A DNA stretch of 64,000 nucleotides from assembly GCA_964016885.1 (NCBI GenBank), contig OZ024741.1, positions 23,932,001 to 23,996,000 on the forward strand, written 5' to 3'. Source of the DNA: Eledone cirrhosa. Lineage: Eukaryota. Both the position numbers and the translations under genes were made by a program. Of the stretch, positions 50,101 through 64,000 are shown one piece after another (the stretch's first letter is position 1; each line of letters begins with the position of its first letter). The notes below the pieces were generated by a model. The model was not told the DNA's origin and ran no database searches. It saw only the letters and a program-made list of their open reading frames with translations.

Positions 50101-53100
50101 ATAATGCAGTACATATATAGTAAAAGACTGTGCTTCAGCTGTCACCTAACTCTAATCCAGTACATATATAGTAAAAGACTGTGCTTCAGCTGTCACCTAA
50201 CTCTAATCCAGTACATATATAGTAAAAGACTGTGCTTCAGCTGTGACCTAACCTTAATCCAGTACATATATAGTAAAAGACCGTGCCTCAGCCATGACCT
50301 AACCCTAATCCAGTACATATATAGTAAAAGACTGTGCTTCAGCTGTCACCTAACTCTAATCCAGTACATATATAGTAAAAGACCGTGTTTCAGCTGTGAC
50401 CTAACCCTAATCCAGTACATATATAGTAAAAGACTGTGCTTCAGCCATGACCTATCCCTAATCCAGTACATATATAGTAAAAGACTGTGCTTCAGCCATG
50501 ACCTAACCCTAATCCAGTACATATATAGTAAAAGACTGTGCTTCAGACATGACCTCACCCTAATCCAGTACATATATAGTAAAAACTGTGCTTCAGCTGT
50601 CACCTTACCCTAATCCAGTACATATATAGTAAAAGACTGTGTTTCAGCTGTCACCTAACCCTAATCCAGTACATATATAGTAAAAGACCGTGCTTCAGCC
50701 ATGACCTAACCCTAATCCAGTACATATATAGTAAAAGACTTTGCTTCAGCCATGACCTAACCCTAATCCAGTACATATATAGTAAAAGACTGTGCTTCAG
50801 CTGTCACCTAACCCTAATCCAGTACATATATAGTAAAAGACTGTGCTTCAGCTGACTCCTAACCCTAATCCAGTACATATATAGTAAAAGACTGTGCTTC
50901 AGCTGTCACCTAACTCTAATCCAGTACATATATAGTAAAAGACCGTGCTTCAGCCATGACGTAACTTTAATCCAATCCATATATAGTAAAAGACTGTGCT
51001 TCAGCTGTCACCTAACTCTAATCCTGTACATATATAGTAAAAGACTGTGCTTCAGCTGTCACCTAACCCTAATCCAGTACATATATAGTAAAAGACTGTG
51101 CTTCAGCTGTCACCTAACCCTAATCCTGTACATATATAGTAAAAGACTGTGCTTCAGCTGTGACCTAACCCTAATCCAGTACATATATAGTAAAAGACTG
51201 TGCTTCAGCTGTCACCTAACTCTAATCCAGTACATATATAGTAAAAGACCGTGCCTCAGCCATGACCTTACTCTAATCCAGTACATATATAGTAAAAGAC
51301 TGTGCTTCAGCTGTCACCTAACTGTAATCCAGTACATATATAGTAAAAGACTGTGCTTCAGCTGTCACCTAACCCTAATCCAGTACATATATAGTAAAAG
51401 ACTGTGCTTCAGCCATGACCTAACCCTAATCCAGTACATATATAGTAAAAGACTGTGCTTCAGCCATGACCTAACCCTAATCCAGTACATATATAGTAAA
51501 AGACTGTGCTTCAGCTGTGACCTAACCCTAATCCAGTACATATAATAAAAGACTGTGCTTCAGCTGTCACCTAACCCTAATCCAGTACATATATAGTAAA
51601 AGACTGTGCTTCAGCTGTCACCTAACCCTAATCCAGTACATATATAGTAAAAGAGTATGCTTCAGCTGTCACCTAACCCTAATCCAGTACATATATAGTA
51701 AAAGACTGTGCTTCAGCTGTCACCTAACCTTAATCCAGTACATATATAGTAAAAGACTGTGCTTCAGCTGTCACCTAACTCTAAACCAGTACATATATAG
51801 TAAAAGACCGTGCTTCAGCTGTCACCTAACCTTAATCCAGTACATATATAGTAAAAGACCGTGCTTCAGCTGTCATCTAACCTTAATCCAGTACATATAT
51901 AGCAAAAGACCGTGCTTCAGCTGTCACCTAACTCTAATCCAGTACATATATAGTAAAAGACTGTGCTGCAGCCATGACCTAACCTTAATCCAGTACATAT
52001 ATAGTAAAAGACTGTGCTTCAGCTGTCACCTAACTCTAATCCAGTACATATATAGTAAAAGACCGTGCTTCAGCTGTCACCTAACCCTAATCCAGTACAT
52101 ATATAGTAAAAGACTGTGCTTCAGCCATGACCTAACCCTAATCCAGTACATATATAGTAAAAGACTGTGCTTCAGCTGTCACCTAACCCTAATCCAGTAC
52201 ATATATAGTAAAAGACTGTGCTTCAGCCATGACCTAACCCTAATCCAGTACATATATAGTAAAAGACAGTGCCTCAGCTGTCACCTAACCCTAATCCAGT
52301 ACATATATAGTAAAAGACTGTGCTTCAGCTGTCACCTAACCCTAATCCAGTACATATATAGTAAAAGACTGTGCTTCAGCTGTCACCTAACTCTAATCCA
52401 GTACATATATAGTAAAAGACTGTGCTTCAGCTGTCACCTAACTCTAATCCAGTACATATATAGTAAAAGACCGTGCCTCAGCCATGACCTAACTCTAATC
52501 CAGTACATATATAGTAAAAGACTGTGCTTCAGCTGTCACCTAACTGTAATCCAGTACATATATAGTAAAAGACTGTGCTTCAGCTGTCACCTAACCCTAA
52601 TCCAGTACATATATAGTAAAAGACTGTGCTTCAGCCATGACCTAACCCTAATCCAGTACATATATAGTAAAAGACTGTGCTTCAGCTGTCACCTAACCCT
52701 AATCCAGTACATATAATAAAAGACTGTGCTTCAGCTGTCACCTAACCCTAATCCAGTACATATATAGTAAAAGACTGTGCTTCAGCTGTCACCTAACCCT
52801 AATCCAGTACATATATAGTAAAAGAGTATGCTTCAGCTGTCACCTAACCCTAATCCAGTACATATATAGTAAAAGACTGTGCTTCAGCTGTCACCTAACC
52901 TTAATCCAGTACATATATAGTAAAAGACTGTGCTTCAGCTGTCACCTAACTCTAATCCAGTACATATATAGTAAAAGACCGTGCTTCAGCTGTCACCTAA
53001 CCTTAATCCAGTACATATATAGTAAAAGACCGTGCTTCAGCTGTCATCTAACCTTAATCCAGTACATATATAGTAAAAGACCGTGCTTCAGCTGTCACCT

Positions 53101-56100
53101 AACTCTAATCCAGTACATATATAGTAAAAGACTGTGCTGCAGCCATGACCTAACCTTAATCCAGTACATATATAGTAAAAGACTGTGCTTCAGCTGTCAC
53201 CTAACTCTAATCCAGTACATATATAGTAAAAGACCGTGCTTCAGCTGTCACCTAACCTTAATCCAGTACATATATAGTAAAAGACCGTGCTTCAGCTGTC
53301 ACCTAACCCTAATCCAGTACATATATAGTAAAAGACTGTGCTTCAGCTGTCACCTAACTCTAATCCAGTACATATATAGTAAAAGACCGTGCCTCAGCCA
53401 TGACCTAACTCTAATCCAGTACATATATAGTAAAAGACTGTGCTTCAGCTGTCACCTAACTCTAATCCGGTACATATATAGTAAAAGACTGTGCTTCAGC
53501 TGTCACCTAACTCTAATCCGGTACATATGTAGTAAAAAACTGTGCTTCAGCTGTCACCTAACTCTAATCCAGTACATATATAGTAAAAGACTGTGCTTCA
53601 GCCATGACCTAACTCTAATCCAGTACATATATAGTAAAAGACTGTGCTTCAGCTGTCACCTACATCTAATCCAGTACATATATAGTAAAAGACTGTGCTT
53701 CAGCCATGACCTAACTCTAATCCAGTACATATATAGTAAAAGACTGTGCTTCAGCTGTCACCTAACCCTAATCCAGTACATATATAGTAAAAGACTGTGC
53801 TTCAGCCATGACCTAACCCTAATCCAGTACATATATAGTAAAAGACCGTGTTTCAGCTGTCACCTACATCTAATCCAGTACATATATAGTAAAAGACTGT
53901 GCTTCAGCCATGACCTAACTCTAATCCAGTACATATATAGTAAAAGACTGTGCTTCAGCTGTCACCTAACCCTAATCCAGTACATATATAGTAAAAGACT
54001 GTGCTTCAGCCATGACCTAACCATAATGCAGTACATATATAGTAAAAGACTGTGCTTCAGCTGTCACCTAACTCTAATCCAGTACATATATAGTAAAAGA
54101 CTCTGCCTCAGCTGTCACCTAACTCTAATCCAGTACATATATAGTAAAAGACTGTGCTTCAGCTGTGACCTAACCTTAATCCAGTACATATATAGTAAAA
54201 GACCGTGCCTCAGCCATGACCTAACCCTAATCCAGTACATATATAGTAAAAGACTGTGCTTCAGCTGTCACCTAACTCTAATCCAGTACATATATAGTAA
54301 AAGACCGTGTTTCAGCTGTGACCTAACCCTAATCCAGTACATATATAGTAAAAGACTGTGCTTCAGCCATGACCTAACCCTAATCCAGTACATATATAGT
54401 AAAAGACTGTGCTTCAGCCATGACCTAACCCTAATCCAGTACATATATAGTAAAAGACTGTGCTTCAGACATGACCTCACCCTAATCCAGTACATATATA
54501 GTAAAAACTGTGCTTCAGCTGTCACCTTACCCTAATCCAGTACATATATAGTAAAAGACTGTGTTTCAGCTGTCACCTAACCCTAATCCAGTACATATAT
54601 AGTAAAAGACCGTGCTTCAGCCATGACCTAACCCTAATCCAGTACATATATAGTAAAAGACTTTGCTTCAGCCATGACCTAACCCTAATCCAGTACATAT
54701 ATAGTAAAAGACTGTGCTTCAGCTGTCACCTAACCCTAATCCAGTACATATATAGTAAAAGACTGTGCTTCAGCTGACTCCTAACCCTAATCCAGTACAT
54801 ATATAGTAAAAGACTGTGCTTCAGCTGTCACCTAACTCTAATCCAGTACATATATAGTAAAAGACCGTGCTTCAGCCATGACGTAACTTTAATCCAATCC
54901 ATATATAGTAAAAGACTGTGCTTCAGCTGTCACCTAACTCTAATCCTGTACATATATAGTAAAAGACTGTGCTTCAGCTGTCACCTAACCCTAATCCAGT
55001 ACATATATAGTAAAAGACTGTGCTTCAGCTGTCACCTAACCCTAATCCTGTACATATATAGTAAAAGACTGTGCTTCAGCTGTGACCTAACCCTAATCCA
55101 GTACATATATAGTAAAAGACTGTGCTTCAGCTGTCACCTAACTCTAATCCAGTACATATATAGTAAAAGACCGTGCCTCAGACATGACCTTACTCTAATC
55201 CAGTACATATATAGTAAAAGACTGTGCTTCAGCTGTCACCTAACTGTAATCCAGTACATATATAGTAAAAGACTGTGCTTCAGCTGTCACCTAACCCTAA
55301 TCCAGTACATATATAGTAAAAGACTGTGCTTCAGCCATGACCTAACCCTAATCCAGTACATATATAGTAAAAGACTGTGCTTCAGCCATGACCTAACCCT
55401 AATCCAGTACATATATAGTAAAAGACTGTGCTTCAGCTGTGACCTAACCCTAATCCAGTACATATAATAAAAGACTGTGCTTCAGCTGTCACCTAACCCT
55501 AATCCAGTACATATATAGTAAAAGACTGTGCTTCAGCTGTCACCTAACCCTAATCCAGTACATATATAGTAAAAGAGTATGCTTCAGCTGTCACCTAACC
55601 CTAATCCAGTACATATATAGTAAAAGACTGTGCTTCAGCTGTCACCTAACCTTAATCCAGTACATATATAGTAAAAGACTGTGCTTCAGCTGTCACCTAA
55701 CTCTAAACCAGTACATATATAGTAAAAGACCGTGCTTCAGCTGTCACCTAACCTTAATCCAGTACATATATAGTAAAAGACCGTGCTTCAGCTGTCATCT
55801 AACCTTAATCCAGTACATATATAGCAAAAGACCGTGCTTCAGCTGTCACCTAACTCTAATCCAGTACATATATAGTAAAAGACTGTGCTGCAGCCATGAC
55901 CTAACCTTAATCCAGTACATATATAGTAAAAGACTGTGCTTCAGCTGTCACCTAACTCTAATCCAGTACATATATAGTAAAAGACCGTGCTTCAGCTGTC
56001 ACCTAACCTTAATCCAGTACATATATAGTAAAAGACCGTGCTTCAGCTGTCACCTAACCCTAATCCAGTACATATATAGTAAAAGACTGTGCTTCAGCTG

Positions 56101-59100
56101 TCACCTAACTCTAATCCAGTACATATATAGTAAAAGACCGTGCTTCAGCTGTCACCTAACCCTAATCCAGTACATATATAGTAAAAGACTGTGCTTCAGC
56201 TGTCACCTAACTCTAATCCAGTACATATATAGTAAAAGACTGTGCCTCAGCTGTGACCTAACCCTAATCCAGTACATATATAGTAAAAGACTGTGCTTCA
56301 GCTGTCACCTAACTCTAATCCGGTACATATATAGTAAAAGACTGTGCTTCAGCCATGACCTAACTTTAATCCAGTACATATATAGTAAAAGACTGTGCTT
56401 CAGCTGTCACCTAACCCTAATCCAGTACATATATAGTAAAAGACTGTGCTGCAGCCATGACCTAACCTTAATCCAGTACATATATAGTAAAAGACTGTGC
56501 TTCAGCTGTCACCTAACTCTAATCCAGTACATATATAGTAAAAGACCGTGCTTCAGCTGTCACCTAACCTTAATCCAGTACATATATAGTAAAAGACCGT
56601 GCTTCAGCTGTCACCTAACCCTAATCCAGTACATATATAGTAAAAGACTGTGCTTCAGCTGTCACCTAACTCTAATCCAGTACATATATAGTAAAAGACT
56701 GTGCTTCAGCTGTCACCTAACTCTAATCCAGTACATATATAGTAAAAGACTGTGCCTCAGCTGTGACCTAACCCTAATCCAGTACATATATAGTAAAAGA
56801 CTGTGCTTCAGCTGTCACCTAACTCTAATCCGGTACATATGTAGTAAAAAACTGTGCTTCAGCTGTCACCTAACTCTAATCCAGTACATATATAGTAAAA
56901 GACTGTGCTTCAGCCATGACCTAACTTTAATCCAGTACATATATAGTAAAAGACTGTGCTTCAGCTGTCACCTAACCCTAATCCAGTACATATATAGTAA
57001 AAGACTGTGCTTCAGTCATGACCTAACCCTAATCCAGTACGTATATAGTAAAAGACTGTGCTTCAGCCATGACCTAACCATAATGCAGTACATATATAGT
57101 AAAAGACTGTGCTTCAGCTGTCACCTAACTCTAATCCAGTACATATATAGTAAAAGACTGTGCTTCAGCTGTCACCTAACTCTAATCCAGTACATATATA
57201 GTAAAAGACTGTGCTTCAGCTGTGACCTAACCTTAATCCAGTACATATATAGTAAAAGACCGTGCCTCAGCCATGACCTAACCCTAATCCAGTACATATA
57301 TAGTAAAAGACTGTGCTTCAGCTGTCACCTAACCCTAATCCAGTACATATATAGTAAAAGACTGTGCTTCAGCCATGACCTAACCCTAATCCAGTACATA
57401 TATAGTAAAAGACTGTGCTTCAGACATGACCTCACCCTAATCCAGTACATATATAGTAAAAACTGTGCTTCAGCTGTCACCTTACCCTAATCCAGTACAT
57501 ATATAGTAAAAGACTGTGTTTCAGCTGTCACCTAACCCTAATCCAGTACATATATAGTAAAAGACCGTGCTTCAGCCATGACCTAACCCTAATCCAGTAC
57601 ATATATAGTAAAAGACTTTGCTTCAGCCATGACCTAACCCTAATCCAGTACATATATAGTAAAAGACTGTGCTTCAGCTGTCACCTTACCCTAATCCAGT
57701 ACATATATAGTAAAAGACCGTGTTTCAGCTGTGACCTAACCCTAATCCAGTACATATATAGTAAAAGACTGTGCTTCAGCCATGACCTAACCCTAATCCA
57801 GTACATATATAGTAAAAGACTGTGCTTCAGCCATGACCTAACCCTAATCCAGTACATATATAGTAAAAGACTGTGCTTCAGACATGACCTCACCCTAATC
57901 CAGTACATATATAGTAAAAACTGTGCTTCAGCTGTCACCTTACCCTAATCCAGTACATATATAGTAAAAGACTGTGTTTCAGCTGTCACCTAACCCTAAT
58001 CCAGTACATATATAGTAAAAGACCGTGCTTCAGCCATGACCTAACCCTAATCCAGTACATATATAGTAAAAGACTTTGCTTCAGCCATGACCTAACCCTA
58101 ATCCAGTACATATATAGTAAAAGACTGTGCTTCAGCTGTCACCTAACCCTAATCCAGTACATATATAGTAAAAGACTGTGCTTCAGCTGACTCCTAACCC
58201 TAATCCAGTACATATATAGTAAAAGACTGTGCTTCAGCTGTCACCTAACTCTAATCCAGTACATATATAGTAAAAGACCGTGCTTCAGCCATGACGTAAC
58301 TTTAATCCAATCCATATATAGTAAAAGACTGTGCTTCAGCTGTCACCTAACTCTAATCCTGTACATATATAGTAAAAGACTGTGCTTCAGCTGTCACCTA
58401 ACCCTAATCCAGTACATATATAGTAAAAGACTGTGCTTCAGCTGTCACCTAACCCTAATCCTGTACATATATAGTAAAAGACTGTGCTTCAGCTGTGACC
58501 TAACCCTAATCCAGTACATATATAGTAAAAGACTGTGCTTCAGCTGTCACCTAACTCTAATCCAGTACATATATAGTAAAAGACCGTGCCTCAGACATGA
58601 CCTTACTCTAATCCAGTACATATATAGTAAAAGACTGTGCTTCAGCTGTCACCTAACTGTAATCCAGTACATATATAGTAAAAGACTGTGCTTCAGCTGT
58701 CACCTAACCCTAATCCAGTACATATATAGTAAAAGACTGTGCTTCAGCCATGACCTAACCCTAATCCAGTACATATATAGTAAAAGACTGTGCTTCAGCC
58801 ATGACCTAACCCTAATCCAGTACATATATAGTAAAAGACTGTGCTTCAGCTGTGACCTAACCCTAATCCAGTACATATAATAAAAGACTGTGCTTCAGCT
58901 GTCACCTAACCCTAATCCAGTACATATATAGTAAAAGACTGTGCTTCAGCTGTCACCTAACCCTAATCCAGTACATATATAGTAAAAGAGTATGCTTCAG
59001 CTGTCACCTAACCCTAATCCAGTACATATATAGTAAAAGACTGTGCTTCAGCTGTCACCTAACCTTAATCCAGTACATATATAGTAAAAGACTGTGCTTC

Positions 59101-62100
59101 AGCTGTCACCTAACTCTAAACCAGTACATATATAGTAAAAGACCGTGCTTCAGCTGTCACCTAACCTTAATCCAGTACATATATAGTAAAAGACCGTGCT
59201 TCAGCTGTCATCTAACCTTAATCCAGTACATATATAGCAAAAGACCGTGCTTCAGCTGTCACCTAACTCTAATCCAGTACATATATAGTAAAAGACTGTG
59301 CTGCAGCCATGACCTAACCTTAATCCAGTACATATATAGTAAAAGACTGTGCTTCAGCTGTCACCTAACTCTAATCCAGTACATATATAGTAAAAGACCG
59401 TGCTTCAGCTGTCACCTAACCTTAATCCAGTACATATATAGTAAAAGACCGTGCTTCAGCTGTCACCTAACCCTAATCCAGTACATATATAGTAAAAGAC
59501 TGTGCTTCAGCTGTCACCTAACTCTAATCCAGTACATATATAGTAAAAGACCGTGCTTCAGCTGTCACCTAACCCTAATCCAGTACATATATAGTAAAAG
59601 ACTGTGCTTCAGCTGTCACCTAACTCTAATCCAGTACATATATAGTAAAAGACTGTGCCTCAGCTGTGACCTAACCCTAATCCAGTACATATATAGTAAA
59701 AGACTGTGCTTCAGCTGTCACCTAACTCTAATCCGGTACATATATAGTAAAAGACTGTGCTTCAGCCATGACCTAACTTTAATCCAGTACATATATAGTA
59801 AAAGACTGTGCTTCAGCTGTCACCTAACCCTAATCCAGTACATATATAGTAAAAGACTGTGCTGCAGCCATGACCTAACCTTAATCCAGTACATATATAG
59901 TAAAAGACTGTGCTTCAGCTGTCACCTAACTCTAATCCAGTACATATATAGTAAAAGACCGTGCTTCAGCTGTCACCTAACCTTAATCCAGTACATATAT
60001 AGTAAAAGACCGTGCTTCAGCTGTCACCTAACCCTAATCCAGTACATATATAGTAAAAGACTGTGCTTCAGCTGTCACCTAACTCTAATCCAGTACATAT
60101 ATAGTAAAAGACTGTGCTTCAGCTGTCACCTAACTCTAATCCAGTACATATATAGTAAAAGACTGTGCCTCAGCTGTGACCTAACCCTAATCCAGTACAT
60201 ATATAGTAAAAGACTGTGCTTCAGCTGTCACCTAACTCTAATCCGGTACATATGTAGTAAAAAACTGTGCTTCAGCTGTCACCTAACTCTAATCCAGTAC
60301 ATATATAGTAAAAGACTGTGCTTCAGCCATGACCTAACTTTAATCCAGTACATATATAGTAAAAGACTGTGCTTCAGCTGTCACCTAACCCTAATCCAGT
60401 ACATATATAGTAAAAGACTGTGCTTCAGTCATGACCTAACCCTAATCCAGTACGTATATAGTAAAAGACTGTGCTTCAGCCATGACCTAACCATAATGCA
60501 GTACATATATAGTAAAAGACTGTGCTTCAGCTGTCACCTAACTCTAATCCAGTACATATATAGTAAAAGACTGTGCTTCAGCTGTCACCTAACTCTAATC
60601 CAGTACATATATAGTAAAAGACTGTGCTTCAGCTGTGACCTAACCTTAATCCAGTACATATATAGTAAAAGACCGTGCCTCAGCCATGACCTAACCCTAA
60701 TCCAGTACATATATAGTAAAAGACTGTGCTTCAGCTGTCACCTAACCCTAATCCAGTACATATATAGTAAAAGACTGTGCTTCAGCCATGACCTAACCCT
60801 AATCCAGTACATATATAGTAAAAGACTGTGCTTCAGACATGACCTCACCCTAATCCAGTACATATATAGTAAAAACTGTGCTTCAGCTGTCACCTTACCC
60901 TAATCCAGTACATATATAGTAAAAGACTGTGTTTCAGCTGTCACCTAACCCTAATCCAGTACATATATAGTAAAAGACCGTGCTTCAGCCATGACCTAAC
61001 CCTAATCCAGTACATATATAGTAAAAGACTTTGCTTCAGCCATGACCTAACCCTAATCCAGTACATATATAGTAAAAGACTGTGCTTCAGCTGTCACCTA
61101 ACCCTAATCCAGTACATATATAGTAAAAGACTGTGCTTCAGCTGACTCCTAACCCTAATCCAGTACATATATAGTAAAAGACTGTGCTTCAGCTGTCACC
61201 TAACTCTAATCCAGTACATATATAGTAAAAGACCGTGCTTCAGCCATGACGTAACTTTAATCCAATCCATATATAGTAAAAGACTGTGCTTCAGCTGTCA
61301 CCTAACTCTAATCCTGTACATATATAGTAAAAGACTGTGCTTCAGCTGTCACCTAACCCTAATCCAGTACATATATAGTAAAAGACTGTGCTTCAGCTGT
61401 CACCTAACCCTAATCCTGTACATATATAGTAAAAGACTGTGCTTCAGCTGTGACCTAACCCTAATCCAGTACATATATAGTAAAAGACTGTGCTTCAGCT
61501 GTCACCTAACTCTAATCCAGTACATATATAGTAAAAGACCGTGCCTCAGCCATGACCTTACTCTAATCCAGTACATATATAGTAAAAGACTGTGCTTCAG
61601 CTGTCACCTAACCCTAATCCAGTACATATATAGTAAAAGACTGTGCTTCAGCTGTCACCTAACCCTAATCCAGTACATATATAGTAAAAGACTGTGCTTC
61701 AGCCATGACCTAACCCTAATCCAGTACATATATAGTAAAAGACTGTGCTTCAGCCATGACCTAACCCTAATCCAGTACATATATAGTAAAAGACTGTGCT
61801 TCAGCTGTGACCTAACCCTAATCCAGTACATATAATAAAAGACTGTGCTTCAGCTGTCACCTAACCCTAATCCAGTACATATATAGTAAAAGACTGTGCT
61901 TCAGCTGTCACCTAACCCTAATCCAGTACATATATAGTAAAAGAGTATGCTTCAGCTGTCACCTAACCCTAATCCAGTACATATATAGTAAAAGACTGTG
62001 CTTCAGCTGTCACCTAACCTTAATCCAGTACATATATAGTAAAAGACTGTGCTTCAGCTGTCACCTAACTCTAAACCAGTACATATATAGTAAAAGACCG

Positions 62101-64000
62101 TGCTTCAGCTGTCACCTAACCTTAATCCAGTACATATATAGTAAAAGACCGTGCTTCAGCTGTCATCTAACCTTAATCCAGTACATATATAGCAAAAGAC
62201 CGTGCTTCAGCTGTCACCTAACTCTAATCCAGTACATATATAGTAAAAGACTGTGCTGCAGCCATGACCTAACCTTAATCCAGTACATATATAGTAAAAG
62301 ACTGTGCTTCAGCTGTCACCTAACTCTAATCCAGTACATATATAGTAAAAGACCGTGCTTCAGCTGTCACCTAACCTTAATCCAGTACATATATAGTAAA
62401 AGACCGTGCTTCAGCTGTCACCTAACCCTAATCCAGTACATATATAGTAAAAGACTGTGCTTCAGCTGTCACCTAACTCTAATCCAGTACATATATAGTA
62501 AAAGACCGTGCTTCAGCTGTCACCTAACCCTAATCCAGTACATATATAGTAAAAGACTGTGCTTCAGCTGTCACCTAACTCTAATCCAGTACATATATAG
62601 TAAAAGACTGTGCCTCAGCTGTGACCTAACCCTAATCCAGTACATATATAGTAAAAGACTGTGCTTCAGCTGTCACCTAACTCTAATCCGGTACATATAT
62701 AGTAAAAGACTGTGCTTCAGCTGTCACCTAACTCTAATCCGGTACATATGTAGTAAAAAACTGTGCTTCAGCTGTCACCTAACTCTAATCCAGTACATAT
62801 ATAGTAAAAGACTGTGCTTCAGCCATGACCTAACTTTAATCCAGTACATATATAGTAAAAGACTGTGCTTCAGCTGTCACCTAACCCTAATCCAGTACAT
62901 ATATAGTAAAAGACTGTGCTTCAGTCATGACCTAACCCTAATCCAGTACGTATATAGTAAAAGACTGTGCTTCATCCATGACCTAACCCTAATCCAGTAC
63001 ATATATAGTAAAAGACCGTGCTTCAGCTGTCACCTACATCTAATCCAGTACATATATAGCAAAAGACTGTGCTTCAGCCATGACCTAACTCTAATCCAGT
63101 ACATATATAGTAAAAGACTGTGCTTCAGCTGTCACCTAACCCTAATCCAGTACATATATAGTAAAAGACTGTGCTTCAGCCATGACCTAACCCTAATGCA
63201 GTACATATATAGTAAAAGACTGTGCTTCAGCTGTCACCTAACTCTAATCCAGTACATATATAGAAAAAGACTGTGCTTCAGCTGTCACCTAACTCTAATC
63301 CAGTACATATATAGTAAAAGACTGTGCTTCAGCTGTGACCTAACCTTAATCCAGTACATATATAGTAAAAGACCGTGCCTCAGCCATGACCTAACCCTAA
63401 TCCAGTACATATATAGTAAAAGACTGTGCTTCAGCTGTCACCTAACTCTAATCCAGTACATATATAGTAAAAGACCGTGTTTCAGCTGTGACCTAACCCT
63501 AATCCAGTACATATATAGTAAAAGACTGTGCTTCAGCCATGACCTAACCCTAATCCAGTACATATATAGTAAAAGACTGTGCTTCAGCTGTCACCTACAT
63601 CTAATCCAGTACATATATAGTAAAAGACTGTGCTTCAGCCATGACCTAACTCTAATCCAGTACATATATAGTAAAAGACTGTGCTTCAGCTGTCACCTAA
63701 CCCTAATCCAGTACATATATAGTAAAAGACTGTGCTTCAGCCATGACCTAACCCTAATCCAGTACATATATAGTAAAAGACCGTGTTTCAGCTGTCACCT
63801 ACATCTAATCCAGTACATATATAGTAAAAGACTGTGCTTCAGCCATGACCTAACTCTAATCCAGTACATATATAGTAAAAGACTGTGCTTCAGCTGTCAC
63901 CTAACCCTAATCCAGTACATATATAGTAAAAGACTGTGCTTCAGCCATGACCTAACCATAATGCAGTACATATATAGTAAAAGACTGTGCTTCAGCTGTC
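29138..64000. repeat. 51-bp satellite array (~680 monomers, runs off the window end)
   Basis: Consensus ccagtacatatatagtaaaagactgtgcttcagc(tgtca/catga)cctaaccctaat, head-to-tail, with no visible insertions. Confidence 0.98.

Noticed and set aside
31580-57938. Minus-strand ORFs MYWIRVRSWLKHSLLLY... as genes
   Set aside because: They arise wherever consecutive monomers lack the GGTGAC-derived TGA; they are pure satellite translation.
29138-64000. CRISPR-like array
   Set aside because: No unique spacers; the variable segment has only a few recurrent alleles. No cas genes, and the context is eukaryotic.

Overview
AT-rich animal genomic DNA. The repeat landscape and the KRAB-less single-exon poly-C2H2 gene suggest a mollusc, probably a cephalopod such as Octopus (inference, no search run). 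The first ~29 kb holds one clear host gene: an 831-aa C2H2 zinc-finger CDS at 10293-12788 with 19 canonical fingers, one degenerate finger and a 30-bp coding minisatellite tail. It also holds a complete but mutated compact Ty3/Gypsy LTR retrotransposon (21802-25984, TG...CA LTRs, 5-bp TTTCT TSD) inserted inside a 40-bp minisatellite. The rest of that half is SINEs, piggyBac- and hAT-type MITEs, LINE relics (RTE-like, CRE-like) and several minisatellites. From ~29138 to the window end is one ~35-kb array of a 51-bp satellite. Its monomer carries a telomere-like CCTAACCCTAA, has one stop-free reading frame, and is organised into nested higher-order repeats. There is no CRISPR array or prokaryotic system. 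I cannot demonstrate a new biological system; the best candidates for a second look are the 51-bp satellite, the LTR/minisatellite relationship, and evidence for a tandem ZNF duplication unit.
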